A stretch of 64,000 nucleotides of DNA from Fodinicurvata sediminis DSM 21159 (GTDB lineage Bacteria > Pseudomonadota > Alphaproteobacteria > Kiloniellales > DSM-21159). Location: the NCBI RefSeq assembly GCF_000420625.1, contig NZ_ATVH01000014.1, positions 470,348 to 534,347 on the forward strand. The letters are read 5' to 3'. Positions 20,704-30,507 of the stretch are shown piece after piece. Under the pieces are notes generated by a model, which was not told the origin of the DNA, made no database searches, and saw only the letters and a program-made list of their open reading frames with translations. The stretch's first letter is position 1. Every line of letters begins with the position of its first letter. The position numbers and the translations under genes were made by a program.

Positions 20704-22334
20704 CCATCCCGGACATGATAGACCCGGTCTGCGACATGAAACCACCGGTCATCATGGGTGACACAGATCAGGATCTTGCCTTGGTCACGCAGGCTGGGCA
20801 GGATTTCCTCATAGAAAATGGCCCGAAAATGCGGATCCTGGTCCGCCGCCCACTCATCGAGAACCAGGATTGGCTTCTCCTCCAGTTGCGCGACGATCAG
20901 AGCCAGGCGCTTCCTCTGCCCCTGGGAGAGTGCGGTGGTCGAGAATGCGTTGTCCTCAAGCGCAACCTTGTGCTCGACCTCCATCTGGTGGATCAGGGCA
21001 TCGACACGCTCGGGATCGACCGGATCGATGCCATAGAGTTCGCCAAACAGGTGATATCCCGAAAGCACTGTCGCGAACTGATCACGATATGACTGCAACC
21101 GGTCAACAGGCACGGCTATGTCGTTCACGGTGATTTCGCCGCTGTCCACCGCGCGCAGGCCGGTCAGCAGAGCAATGATCGTGGATTTCCCGGCGCCATT
21201 CCCACCTGTAATGAACGTGATTTCACCGCCTTTGAAACCTGCATTCAGAGGACCGACACCGAAGCCTCCGGTTGGTCCCGGATAGGTGAAGTGCACATCC
21301 TTGAGCGCGATTTCCCGGATATCCGAAAGGCTATCCGCGACAGGGTCGGAATGTCCGCTAAGCTCCGTGGTGATACCGCCCCCTACTTCGCGCTGTTTTT
21401 CCAAGGCGTCGCCAAGCCGGTTCTCGAGTTCGGTGATCTTCGAGATCGCCGCGTCGGCATCGTTGAAACTCGGCACCGCCATAATGGTCGATCCGATCGG
21501 GCCCAGAAGAAACAGGGTGGCCGTTGCCGTTTGCACGGCAACATCATGATAGTCCGTCGTGAAGTTCGGGACGATGAACACCATCGCGGCCATCATGAAA
21601 TAGAAGGCCAGCTGGATACTGGCCGTCTCACGCGCCCACTGGGCCTTGGTCGCCGACTTGGTGTCCCGCGCCCGCCCCGAACGCTCATGCAGCTGTGCCA
21701 GCAGCGCATCACGCCGCAGGCTGTTCATCTTGACCTCCTTGAAGCCATCCAGAAGGTCGCTCAGCCCGCCGAACAGCTGGCCTTCGTCCTCCACGGCGGC
21801 GCGGGTAGCGGCGCTGATCCCGCGGACGCGATGCAGATGAATGCCGACAGACAGGACGGCCAGCACGCCCACGATGACGAAGGCGAACAGCGACAGCCAC
21901 GCCAGATAGAGACTGACAAAGACGATTAGCACCAGTTGCTGAACGCCGTTCAGCATCATCGGCAAGGAATTCGAGATGGTCTGCATCTCCTGTGTCAGGG
22001 CGGTCTGGACCGGCCCCTGGCCAACGGAGTCCAGAACCTCGGGACCGGATTTGCGCACACGGTCGAACAGGTTCAGCCGGAATTGGTGCAGCACCCGTTC
22101 GACCTCGGCCGAAACGAGAACATCGGACTTGTGCTGCGCCCAGATGAAGCCCAGCAAGGAAACCGCCATCAGGCTCATCAAGCGCGGGCTGACCTCGCGG
22201 TTCTGAGCCTGCTCGGAGGCAAGGTTGACGATCACCAGAACCATGGTTGTCGAGATCGCCGCCATGACCAGCAGCGCCATGACGGTTCTGAGGTCGATCC
22301 GGGCCCGGGACCGGAGAATGTCGAACAACCGCAT
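20679..22334 (-). CDS. cyclic-peptide/siderophore export ABC transporter, fused permease-ATPase (SyrD/PvdE/YojI family)
   Basis: 551 aa: N-terminal ~6 TM, then Walker A GGNGAGKST, signature LSQGQRKRL, Walker B ILVLDEWAADQD. Confidence 0.85.
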   Translation of the reverse strand: MRLFDILRSRARIDLRTVMALLVMAAISTTMVLVIVNLASEQAQNREVSPRLMSLMAVSLLGFIWAQHKSDVLVSAEVERVLHQFRLNLFDRVRKSGPEVLDSVGQGPVQTALTQEMQTISNSLPMMLNGVQQLVLIVFVSLYLAWLSLFAFVIVGVLAVLSVGIHLHRVRGISAATRAAVEDEGQLFGGLSDLLDGFKEVKMNSLRRDALLAQLHERSGRARDTKSATKAQWARETASIQLAFYFMMAAMVFIVPNFTTDYHDVAVQTATATLFLLGPIGSTIMAVPSFNDADAAISKITELENRLGDALEKQREVGGGITTELSGHSDPVADSLSDIREIALKDVHFTYPGPTGGFGVGPLNAGFKGGEITFITGGNGAGKSTIIALLTGLRAVDSGEITVNDIAVPVDRLQSYRDQFATVLSGYHLFGELYGIDPVDPERVDALIHQMEVEHKVALEDNAFSTTALSQGQRKRLALIVAQLEEKPILVLDEWAADQDPHFRAIFYEEILPSLRDQGKILICVTHDDRWFHVADRVYHVRDGQFDEVRE

Positions 22335-22336
22335 GG

Positions 22337-23989
22337 TCAGATCCTCCCGCGTGCATCGTCAGCCTCGAGTTCAACAAGTTTGCCGGTCTCAAGATGCAAA
22401 CGACGGTCCGGAACATCGAAGTAATGATCGTCATGCGTAACCGCGATGATCGTGGTGCCACGCCTTTTCAGTTCGGGCAGGATCTCGTGATAGAACTTCT
22501 TGCGGAACTGCGGATCCTGGTCGGCCGCCCATTCGTCCAGGACAATAATCGGGCGATGCTCCAGGATCGCCGTAATCAGGCCCAGCCGTTTGCGTTGTCC
22601 GGCCGACAGGTCGATTGTTGTATAGCGCCCATCCTGAATGCTGGTGGCATGGGCCATCTCGAAGCGTTCAAGCCAATAGGCGGCTTCCTCAGGATCAATC
22701 CCATCAATGCCATGCAGATCGGCAAACAGATGGGAGTCCGAGAACACCGTGGCGATCAGGTTGCGATAGGGTGCGATGCTTTGCGGTCCCAACTGAAGCT
22801 GGTCGATCCTGATCGTCCCAGACACCGGCCGGTAAAGCCCGGTCAGCAGCTTGACCAGTGTCGATTTCCCCGCTCCATTGCCCCCAGTTACAAACAGAAG
22901 CTCCCCGCGCTCGATGGAGAGATCGAGGGGACCAAGCACGAAGCCGTGTCGCGGATCGCGACCGGGGTAGGTGAAGGTCACCTGGTCAAAGGTGATGCGG
23001 TTGAACTCGGACGGCAGGGCCGCAGTCCCCTCATCGGCGATCGGTTCGCTGATGGTCGAAAGATCCTTCGACAGTGCCGCCATGCGCTGTGCGGATTGTT
23101 CGGCCAGGCCGAGGACAGTCATGGACTGCACGATGATGCTGATGGGCCCGATCATGAAAAGGACCGCCGTGACGATCTTCGAGATATCGGTGCCAAGGCT
23201 TGCCGTATAGACTGGCACGACAAATACGATCACGGCCAGCAGGACATAGAAGGCCGAAATGCCCATGATCATCTGGCGCGATATCAGGCGATGGGCGGTC
23301 TGGCCGATTTCCATCTTGTCTTCCGACGTACTCGCGAAGGATGCATAGAGCGTGTCGCTGCGCCGCGACCACATCCGGACTTCCTTGATGCCGAAGAACA
23401 GGTCGGCAATCTTCCCGAACAGGACCCCTTCGATCCGGTGAAGCTCGCCGAACCAGTCCGACAGAGTCCGACCCATGCGCAGGTAGATAACGATGCCGAC
23501 CCCGATCACGACAACGATCAGGAAAAAGGCCAGCGCGGAAAGCCAGAAGACATAGACCATCACTGCAACCAGCAACAGCAGGCTGCGGAAGGTCATTCCG
23601 ATCAGGTGCGAGTTCTGGGAAATGACCTGAGTGCTTTGGGTGATGCTGTCATAAAGCCGGGCCTGCCCGAATGTTTCGAGTTGGGCGAAATCGGCCGCCG
23701 CGATCTGCCCGAAAAGCCGCTTGCGAACCTTGTCGATGCCATCCTCGATCTGCCTGGCAATATTGCTCAGCAGATAGACCTCGGCCAGGAAATAGACGAC
23801 GGAAATAAGAATGAAGATGCCGGCCAGAAGCCAGTTGACGCGGTCCAGGCCGTTGTCGCTGATTTCCTCGGCTGCAGAGTTCACGATGCCAAGAAGGGCG
23901 GCACTTCCGATACCGGAAAGCGTTCCCGCAATGGCCAGCCGGAGCATGAACCTGTTATCGCCCCAGGATAACAATTCCAGCAACTTCAT
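22337..23989 (-). CDS. cyclic-peptide export ABC transporter, fused permease-ATPase (paralogue, likely heterodimer partner)
   Basis: 550 aa with the same architecture: GGNGAGKST, LSAGQRKRL, IVLDEWAADQD. Stop is 2 nt from the downstream paralogue. Confidence 0.85.
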   Translation of the reverse strand: MKLLELLSWGDNRFMLRLAIAGTLSGIGSAALLGIVNSAAEEISDNGLDRVNWLLAGIFILISVVYFLAEVYLLSNIARQIEDGIDKVRKRLFGQIAAADFAQLETFGQARLYDSITQSTQVISQNSHLIGMTFRSLLLLVAVMVYVFWLSALAFFLIVVVIGVGIVIYLRMGRTLSDWFGELHRIEGVLFGKIADLFFGIKEVRMWSRRSDTLYASFASTSEDKMEIGQTAHRLISRQMIMGISAFYVLLAVIVFVVPVYTASLGTDISKIVTAVLFMIGPISIIVQSMTVLGLAEQSAQRMAALSKDLSTISEPIADEGTAALPSEFNRITFDQVTFTYPGRDPRHGFVLGPLDLSIERGELLFVTGGNGAGKSTLVKLLTGLYRPVSGTIRIDQLQLGPQSIAPYRNLIATVFSDSHLFADLHGIDGIDPEEAAYWLERFEMAHATSIQDGRYTTIDLSAGQRKRLGLITAILEHRPIIVLDEWAADQDPQFRKKFYHEILPELKRRGTTIIAVTHDDHYFDVPDRRLHLETGKLVELEADDARGRI

Positions 23990-24092
23990 CTATTGAACGC
24001 CCCCCTCAAGGCACCCCCTGTTTTATTGCCTGCAACTGTAACCATGCTGGCCCGGGTGTCCAGCAAGCAGCACAGGAGAACCTGTCCGGATT

Positions 24093-25202
24093 TCAATGAG
24101 ATTCTCCGGGACTGGCCCCTTCACTGTTCACGACCAGCACCCTGCTTCGAGCGGTCAGCCCGAATTTTCCGCGCAACTCCCTGTTCTTCGCTGCATGCCA
24201 CAATCCGGCAATTCCGGAAATGCCGGTATCCCATGTATCCAAGGGTGCATCTCTTAGAAGGCCACAGCACAGCTGTTCCTGCACCTGAGCTGCCGTCGTA
24301 TCATCGATTGCAAGACTGCCCGCACAGACACTCCGAAGAATCTCAAGAGCCGGCAGGCTTGGACAGCCACAGGAAAGTCCCACCATGCGGGTTGATAGCG
24401 TTCCTGGCAGACGGGTCAGCCGGCCGCTCTCCAGGCTGGCTTTCACACAGGCAGCCGTTTCGGGTTCGACCGAATAGACAATCGGCTTGACCCCACTTTC
24501 CTGCCAGAAGCCGATGGCGCAGCCTGCCGCCATTCCGCCCACACCGCATTGCAGAAACAGGCTGTCGATCGCGACAGACTCTGAAGCGATTTGACGCGCA
24601 CACTCCACTCCCAAAAGGGCATAACCGGCCATGATATCGCGTGTGACCTCAAGGTTCCCACGGTAATCGGTATCGGTGACCAGGATCACGTTTGGCGCGT
24701 TCGCATTTTCCTCGGCGGCGGAGACGGCGTCATCATAGGTTCCATCCACCTTGACGATCTCGGCACCGCTTTCACGCAAGCGCTGTATCCGGGCCGTATC
24801 GACTTCGTTGCCGACGAAGATCCGGGCGCAACAGTTGAACTGTCTCGCCGCCCAGGCAAGCGCCAGCCCATGATTGCCGTCCGTTGCTGCAACCGCGATA
24901 TAGTCCCGGCAGCCAGGAGCTCCAGGATAGAGGCCAAGTTTCTGGAACTGCCGGCTCAGACCATAAGGCGCACCGAGAACCTTGACACCCCCCAACCCGA
25001 AACGCCTGCTTTCGTCCTTGATCCAGACCTCTCCCAGCGCCAGTTCGCGTGCAAGGCCGGGCGATGGCAACAGGGGGCTTGGCGCGTAATCCGGCCATGA
25101 GGAGATCTCCGTGACAGCTCGTCGAATCTCTGCAGGTATAACAACAGGGCTGTCAAAGCCACTCATGAGTTGCTCCGGAATGCAATCGACCTTAACAGCC
25201 AC
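24093..25202 (-). CDS. fold-type II PLP-dependent enzyme, diaminopropionate ammonia-lyase (DpaL/YgeX)-like
   Basis: WIKDESRRFGLGGVKVLGAPYG (PLP lysine) and ATDGNHGLALAWAA line up with DpaL KDESKRFGLNAFKMLGGAYA / TTDGNHGRGVAWAA; 369 aa. Confidence 0.65.
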   Translation of the reverse strand: MAVKVDCIPEQLMSGFDSPVVIPAEIRRAVTEISSWPDYAPSPLLPSPGLARELALGEVWIKDESRRFGLGGVKVLGAPYGLSRQFQKLGLYPGAPGCRDYIAVAATDGNHGLALAWAARQFNCCARIFVGNEVDTARIQRLRESGAEIVKVDGTYDDAVSAAEENANAPNVILVTDTDYRGNLEVTRDIMAGYALLGVECARQIASESVAIDSLFLQCGVGGMAAGCAIGFWQESGVKPIVYSVEPETAACVKASLESGRLTRLPGTLSTRMVGLSCGCPSLPALEILRSVCAGSLAIDDTTAAQVQEQLCCGLLRDAPLDTWDTGISGIAGLWHAAKNRELRGKFGLTARSRVLVVNSEGASPGESH

Positions 25203-25357
25203 TCTCGAGAACGAAAGCTATCGAGTTTGCAGCGACTGCCGGCAAACCTGACCGGAGGGAAGGGTCGAGTAAATGTCTGAAAGAATTTGTATTCCTTCAC
25301 AATGAATCTCGACGGTCAGTTGGCAATTCCCTAAGCTGTAACCTGCTGTGCAAACAT

Positions 25358-26650
25358 TTGGTGGTGGGGATAATCTTGCGCGTGTTGGTGTCCCGAGCAG
25401 GAAAGTCGACTGGGTGGATCATCGCAAGCCTGTATCTGGCATGTGGAGTGGCAACCTTTGCGCTGGCACAAGAAGCACCACAGGAATTTCCCCTTCCGCA
25501 AGACGAGGCGCTTGGCAGCATTATCCTCGAAGAGACCGCCAAAGACTCCAATACCGACCGCTTCAAAAGCGGCGCCCTGATGCCTTCACCCCAGGATCAA
25601 CAGAGGGTCGACGGTCTGATCTATGAACCGGATGCCATTCCGCTGTCGCAATATCGTCGCCAGCTCGACGATTCGGCAAGCCTGATCTCCTTCTCCGAAT
25701 ATGACATTGCAAGCGATGGCGAGACCCGCCCGTCCTATTATGCAGCCATCTACAGCGGCAGCACGGGCGGCGCCTACTTCAAGGTTGCCGCAGCCATCTG
25801 CGACATGATGCGCCGAACCTACGAGCGTCACCGTGTTCGCTGCGTTCCGTTGCGCTCGCAAGGGGTTGGCAGCAACATTCAGCTCATGAACGAAGGGCGT
25901 GTTCAGATGGCGCTGGTGCAATCCAACAACAACTGGGAAGCACAGGAAGGGATCAATCCGATCCCCGGGGCCCGGTCCGTCATGTCGCTTCATGACGAAA
26001 TGGGACTTCTGGTCGTGCGCCGTGATTCCGATATTGAAAGCCTAGCCGACCTGCCTGGCAAACGCATCAATATCGGGCCGGAAGGCTCTGCTTCACGTGA
26101 ACTCTGGCTTGAGTTGCTTGAGCAGAACGAGATCGACCTCGATGACTTCGAGACGGTTTACAGTGTCGCCCAGGATTACAATCGGCAGGGTATCTGCAAT
26201 GACTACATCGATGCCTTCGGTCTCTGGATCGGACACCCCGTCCCGGTGATTGAAGAAAGCCTGGCCTGCGATTCCAAGGTCGTTGGCATGGGCGGAGAAT
26301 TGACCCGCGAGCTTGTCGAACAGCACCCCTACTACTTCAATCAGGTTTTGCCGACGGGCACCTACTCCAATCAGAACGAATCCATCGACTCATACGGCTT
26401 CAAGGCCTCCCTGATTGCCTATGAGCCAGCAGATCCCTACGTCGTTTATTGGGTGACACGCATCATTCACGAGAACATCGAAACACTGAGAGCAGAGTAT
26501 CCCACTTTCAGAAGCACAACAGCAGAGGACTTGTCTGAAAAAGGAAACTTCCTACCCTTTCACAGGGGCGCCGCATGCTATTGGCAAATACGCCCGGATG
26601 CCTGTGAATGGCAGGAAACCTACGACTCAGTCGCCCATTCAAGGGAATAG
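25358..26650 (+). CDS. TAXI-family TRAP-type periplasmic solute-binding protein (orphan, no permease nearby)
   Basis: YYAAIYSGSTGGAYFKVAAAICD is the hallmark TAXI motif. Signal-like N-terminus; start codon uncertain. Confidence 0.65.
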   Translation: MVVGIILRVLVSRAGKSTGWIIASLYLACGVATFALAQEAPQEFPLPQDEALGSIILEETAKDSNTDRFKSGALMPSPQDQQRVDGLIYEPDAIPLSQYRRQLDDSASLISFSEYDIASDGETRPSYYAAIYSGSTGGAYFKVAAAICDMMRRTYERHRVRCVPLRSQGVGSNIQLMNEGRVQMALVQSNNNWEAQEGINPIPGARSVMSLHDEMGLLVVRRDSDIESLADLPGKRINIGPEGSASRELWLELLEQNEIDLDDFETVYSVAQDYNRQGICNDYIDAFGLWIGHPVPVIEESLACDSKVVGMGGELTRELVEQHPYYFNQVLPTGTYSNQNESIDSYGFKASLIAYEPADPYVVYWVTRIIHENIETLRAEYPTFRSTTAEDLSEKGNFLPFHRGAACYWQIRPDACEWQETYDSVAHSRE

Positions 26651-26658
26651 GCAACAGG

Positions 26659-27342
26659 CTACCCCTGCATGAACTGGGCGGGCCTCCAACCTATCTCCGG
26701 AACTGTGTCGTCGGACGCCTTGCGGTAAGTCACTCCGACATAGCCAGCCTCGAGCAGTTCCTCGCAGCGCTCAAGATCATTGCACAGGCACCAGGTGCTC
26801 ATTTCCGATGGATCACTTGAGGAGGTCACCGTTCCGCTGTGATCCTCCAGGTCCCGGCGCAACAAGAATCGCTTGCCGCCGAACTTGCTGATCAAGTTGC
26901 GGATGGACAGACCGGCCGACAAGATATTAACAACGCTCGCATAATTTTCCGGAGCAACCGTGCTGAGCGCGATCTTGCGTCCGGCTTCCCTGGCTGCCTG
27001 CAGGCGGTGCTGGACCATCCTGTGCTGCCAACGAAGCCTGCGTTGATCGGCGCGCACCGCAACACCGTCTATATGTGCAACGCCCGCCAGTTCATGATCC
27101 GGAAGTCCATGATCCCTGCCAAAGTTGGGGTCTCCCGGACGGGGCAGGCCCAGGACGCCATAAGCGATCAGCCGATCATGCCTGAAGGCCCCGAAGATCT
27201 GTCCGCAGGCCGCCATGTGATCACGGAAAAACGCATCGGTTTCTCTTGCCACCAACTCAGGCGGAAATTCGCGTACGACTTCATGGTGCAGTGCAATCAC
27301 GGCCTCCAGGTGCGACTCGTTCAGACGGATGATCGGTGTCAT
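26659..27342 (-). CDS. hypothetical protein, possibly an acyl-CoA N-acyltransferase fold, uncertain
   Basis: ATG (MTPIIRLNESHLEAV...) lies 7 nt after the stop of the upstream MFS gene. Weak GNAT-like core (HIDGVAVRADQRRLRW...); no confident family assignment by eye. Confidence 0.35.
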   Translation of the reverse strand: MTPIIRLNESHLEAVIALHHEVVREFPPELVARETDAFFRDHMAACGQIFGAFRHDRLIAYGVLGLPRPGDPNFGRDHGLPDHELAGVAHIDGVAVRADQRRLRWQHRMVQHRLQAAREAGRKIALSTVAPENYASVVNILSAGLSIRNLISKFGGKRFLLRRDLEDHSGTVTSSSDPSEMSTWCLCNDLERCEELLEAGYVGVTYRKASDDTVPEIGWRPAQFMQG

Positions 27343-27349
27343 GAGATAC

Positions 27350-29359
27350 TCAAGAAAGCTCCCCTGAATCGCCGGACTTGGCCGCCTGCTCATTGGGGGC
27401 GATCCGGATCATGAGTTCGAAGGCCGTCACCGCAACAGCGGCAATGATGCCCAGCACAAGGACCGCACCCCCGGTACCGACCCATAGGGTCAATCCTGCT
27501 GCCAGTAACGGACCAAGCGCACCGCCCAATCGTTCAGCAAGGCGCAGCACGGCCAAGACCGGACCGGTCCCGTGACTGCGCGTAAACTCCTCACTGAGTT
27601 TAAGGCTTGCGGAAACCTGGGCAGGAATCGATGTCGCCTGTGCCAGCCCCAGCATTGCAATGGCCACGGCAAAAATCCCGTAGTCCGGCATCCATCCAGC
27701 CAGCAGGAGGCCGACAGCCGTAAGTGCGCCTCCAATACCCACCGCACGGGTTTCGTTCTGCTTGTCATCTGTCCAGCGCGCGATGGCCCAGCCGGTCAGC
27801 AAGGCCACCAGCCCGTAAAGCATGAGGACACGACCTGTCTCAGCCGTAGTGGCGCCGGACTGCAACAGGATAAGCGGGGTCAGATAATAGAGGAACCCGC
27901 TCAGGATCAGCTTGGCGGGAACGGCCGCAAAGAGAATCAGAACCTGAAACCGCCGATTGGACAGCATGGCCCGAAACGCCTCGCGTGTCGGAACCGGGGG
28001 TGTAGCCTGTCCCCGCACCCTGTCATCCATCAGGAAATAGGCCAGTGCCACGGCGAGGCCGGCCACTGTGCCCCCCGCCAGGAATGTGGCCGCTTCTCCG
28101 AAGTGGCCAGCAAGAATGCCCCCTATGGCAGGGCCGCAAATGTCGGCCAGCATGATCCCGCCGACCATCATGGCGGTCCCCTGCGTCCGGTTCTTTTCGT
28201 TGGTGGCGTTCAGCACATAGGACTGGCAAGCCACAAAGGTGGTCGCATAGCCGATCCCGGAGAGCGCCCGCCAGGACAAAAGGTCCCAGAAACCAATCGC
28301 GAAGGCCGTGCCAAACAGACCGACGGTCGCCAGAAACGCCCCTGCAAGATACATCCTCAGCGATCCGACCTGCTCCTGGAACAGGCTGCACAGCGGCATG
28401 GCGACAGCCACCATCAGAAGCTGCAAGGCCATGACAATGCCGGCACCCAACTGCCCGTCCAGGGTGTTCGCGGAAATCTCGCCAAAGAAACTCGGCATGA
28501 TCGGCCGGGCCAATTCCTCAGCCAGCACGAACAGGAATGCCAGCATCCGCACCCCGATCAGTTTTGCCTCCCGCACGCGATGAGGCTCGGTGCCGGCCTT
28601 GCGCGCCATATGGCCGATCATGGAATTCATGCGTTCCATGAAACGGCCGATTTCATCGTGGGTCGACTGGCCGTGCAGAAGGGTGAACTTGCGTGCGCGC
28701 ATGTTCAGCAGGACACGTTTGGCAACCCGCGCAGGCAGAACGACATTCACCGTCAGAACCAACAGGACCAGCTCAAAGGACAAGGCCAATGTAATGAAGA
28801 AGATGACCCCAATATCGTACAGGTTGTCTGTGACCGGGCGCATCAGGGCCGCCCTGTCGTGGCCAACAACGATGTCCAGGTTCTCTGCATTGCCTCCCGT
28901 AGGCTGAACCAGCACACGGGTTACGATATAGGGTGAAGTTTCTGTGTCCCCTGCCGGATCGAGGAGCGGGGCAATTTCCCCGGCCGAAAAGCCACCATTG
29001 TGCAGAATGGATTCATCCTGGACGACAGCGGCAAAGACCAGGTCCGGATCTCCATCCTGCAGCTGGCCAACAACCTCTCCAAAGCCGACGATCTCTTCCA
29101 CCGGGATTTCTAGATGCAGAGCATGCGCGATTCTCTCTGACAGTGTGCGCGCTTCGATTTCAGCCTTCTGGGTGATTTCGGATTGCAGGTCCGCGCGCGC
29201 CAGATCGGCAGCACGCCAGGAAACGGCGACCAGGGTGGCGCAAAGGGCAATGGCACTGAACAGAAGCAGGATCCAGATCTTGCCCCTGGGCAGCAGACGC
29301 CTGCGGGACTCCCTTCCCTTATCGACATTTTCCGAATTCGGCTCGGACAATCGGCTCAT
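27350..29359 (-). CDS. MFS transporter with a ~260-aa N-terminal sensor-like extension (TM-periplasmic domain-TM-cytoplasmic linker)
   Basis: 669 aa. Residues ~28-48 and ~185-210 are TM helices flanking a ~135-aa hydrophilic loop, then a cytoplasmic helical linker, then a 12-TM MFS core with G-rich loops (GPAIGGILAGHFG). Confidence 0.7.
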   Translation of the reverse strand: MSRLSEPNSENVDKGRESRRRLLPRGKIWILLLFSAIALCATLVAVSWRAADLARADLQSEITQKAEIEARTLSERIAHALHLEIPVEEIVGFGEVVGQLQDGDPDLVFAAVVQDESILHNGGFSAGEIAPLLDPAGDTETSPYIVTRVLVQPTGGNAENLDIVVGHDRAALMRPVTDNLYDIGVIFFITLALSFELVLLVLTVNVVLPARVAKRVLLNMRARKFTLLHGQSTHDEIGRFMERMNSMIGHMARKAGTEPHRVREAKLIGVRMLAFLFVLAEELARPIMPSFFGEISANTLDGQLGAGIVMALQLLMVAVAMPLCSLFQEQVGSLRMYLAGAFLATVGLFGTAFAIGFWDLLSWRALSGIGYATTFVACQSYVLNATNEKNRTQGTAMMVGGIMLADICGPAIGGILAGHFGEAATFLAGGTVAGLAVALAYFLMDDRVRGQATPPVPTREAFRAMLSNRRFQVLILFAAVPAKLILSGFLYYLTPLILLQSGATTAETGRVLMLYGLVALLTGWAIARWTDDKQNETRAVGIGGALTAVGLLLAGWMPDYGIFAVAIAMLGLAQATSIPAQVSASLKLSEEFTRSHGTGPVLAVLRLAERLGGALGPLLAAGLTLWVGTGGAVLVLGIIAAVAVTAFELMIRIAPNEQAAKSGDSGELS

Positions 29360-30207
29360 GCGTTCTTGTCCGCAGACGCAGGCACAGTCTTCTCCACTGC
29401 CGCGTCATGGGGCAGCTGATCGCGGATTTCACGATAGAGTTCAACCAGCTCCATCTCGCTTTCGGTCAGGACATCGCCATCATGGGTCGGGCCAGAACCG
29501 GCCTTGCCAGATTCTGCTTGTTCAAGATCCGCATGCAATTCGTCGAAAACGCGGTGGCGTCGGCGCATGAGAACCACTAACAGCCCCAGCACGGGGATGA
29601 TTGCCAGCATACCCATGCTGGCCGACTTCCACATTTTGGCAGAGGCGTTCTCAAGCTTCCGCCGGTATGTTTCGCCGTCAACCTGCAGGTGAAGAAGACC
29701 CGCACACTGGCCGAGACTGTCATACAGCGTGGTCCCTGCCGCCACTGCGTGTTCTCCGAAGTGAACCCAGTATGACTGTTCAATGTTACCGGGCGGAGGC
29801 GTGTCCGGAATACCGTTCGTATCCGGCAGGTCAGTGGTCGCAATCGGCGTTCCCTGGCAATCCAGTACGCTCATCCTTCTGATTTCCGGCGACATTGCGG
29901 CGCGCCGTTCGAGGATCTCCTCCAGGTTTTCCATGCTTTCAAGCCTGAGGCCCAAATCCATGGCCGCATGCAGGTCCTGATTGGTTTCAGAAGCAACGAC
30001 GTTGACCCGCTGCGTTAGCAAGGTTCGAAGCGTCTGCTCAAATCGAAGGTAATTGAGCACAGTCGTCATGCATAAAGCTGTGACGAACACGACGAACAAC
30101 GCCACGCCGATCTTCGTTGCCAGGTTCAAGTTGCAGCTCCAATCATCCCCGAGGCAGCTGGCAGGTTTCCAACAGCAAACTGGTACAGCCTGACTGCAAC
30201 CGATCAA
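29356..30207 (-). CDS. membrane protein with 2 TM helices flanking a periplasmic domain (sensor-like, no output domain)
   Basis: TM1 IGVALFVVFVTALCMTTVL, a ~170-aa hydrophilic domain, TM2 MLAIIPVLGLLVVLM, then a short acidic cytoplasmic tail. Stop overlaps the MFS start by 4 nt; true start codon uncertain. Confidence 0.45.
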   Translation of the reverse strand: MIGCSQAVPVCCWKPASCLGDDWSCNLNLATKIGVALFVVFVTALCMTTVLNYLRFEQTLRTLLTQRVNVVASETNQDLHAAMDLGLRLESMENLEEILERRAAMSPEIRRMSVLDCQGTPIATTDLPDTNGIPDTPPPGNIEQSYWVHFGEHAVAAGTTLYDSLGQCAGLLHLQVDGETYRRKLENASAKMWKSASMGMLAIIPVLGLLVVLMRRRHRVFDELHADLEQAESGKAGSGPTHDGDVLTESEMELVELYREIRDQLPHDAAVEKTVPASADKNA

Positions 30208-30507
30208 AGTTCAATTGCTTCTTGATGAAGGTCAAGCTCTGCATGACTTCCGTTCTGTCAGGGTCAGACACTCGTCTTCCCGCCAATGCGACGCCGAAAA
30301 AAGAAGTGGAGGACAGTGGAGCCTTGCAAAAGGGATGGTGTCCGCCATTCAAGGAATCTCAACAGGCGCTTCAAGCTTGATGGCAGACCTTATCAGACGG
30401 CATTCATAATCTTAATAGAGACCCCTGAAACGATTGCAGTCTATAGTGTTAGCGTTTACGCTTCGCCCCGCTGATGGGGAGAAGAAAAAGAACTGCAGGG
30501 GGACCTA

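Noticed and set aside
23993-24490. 165-aa + strand ORF overlapping the 3' end of the DpaL-like gene
   Set aside because: Antisense to a gene with clear PLP-enzyme homology and no recognisable features.
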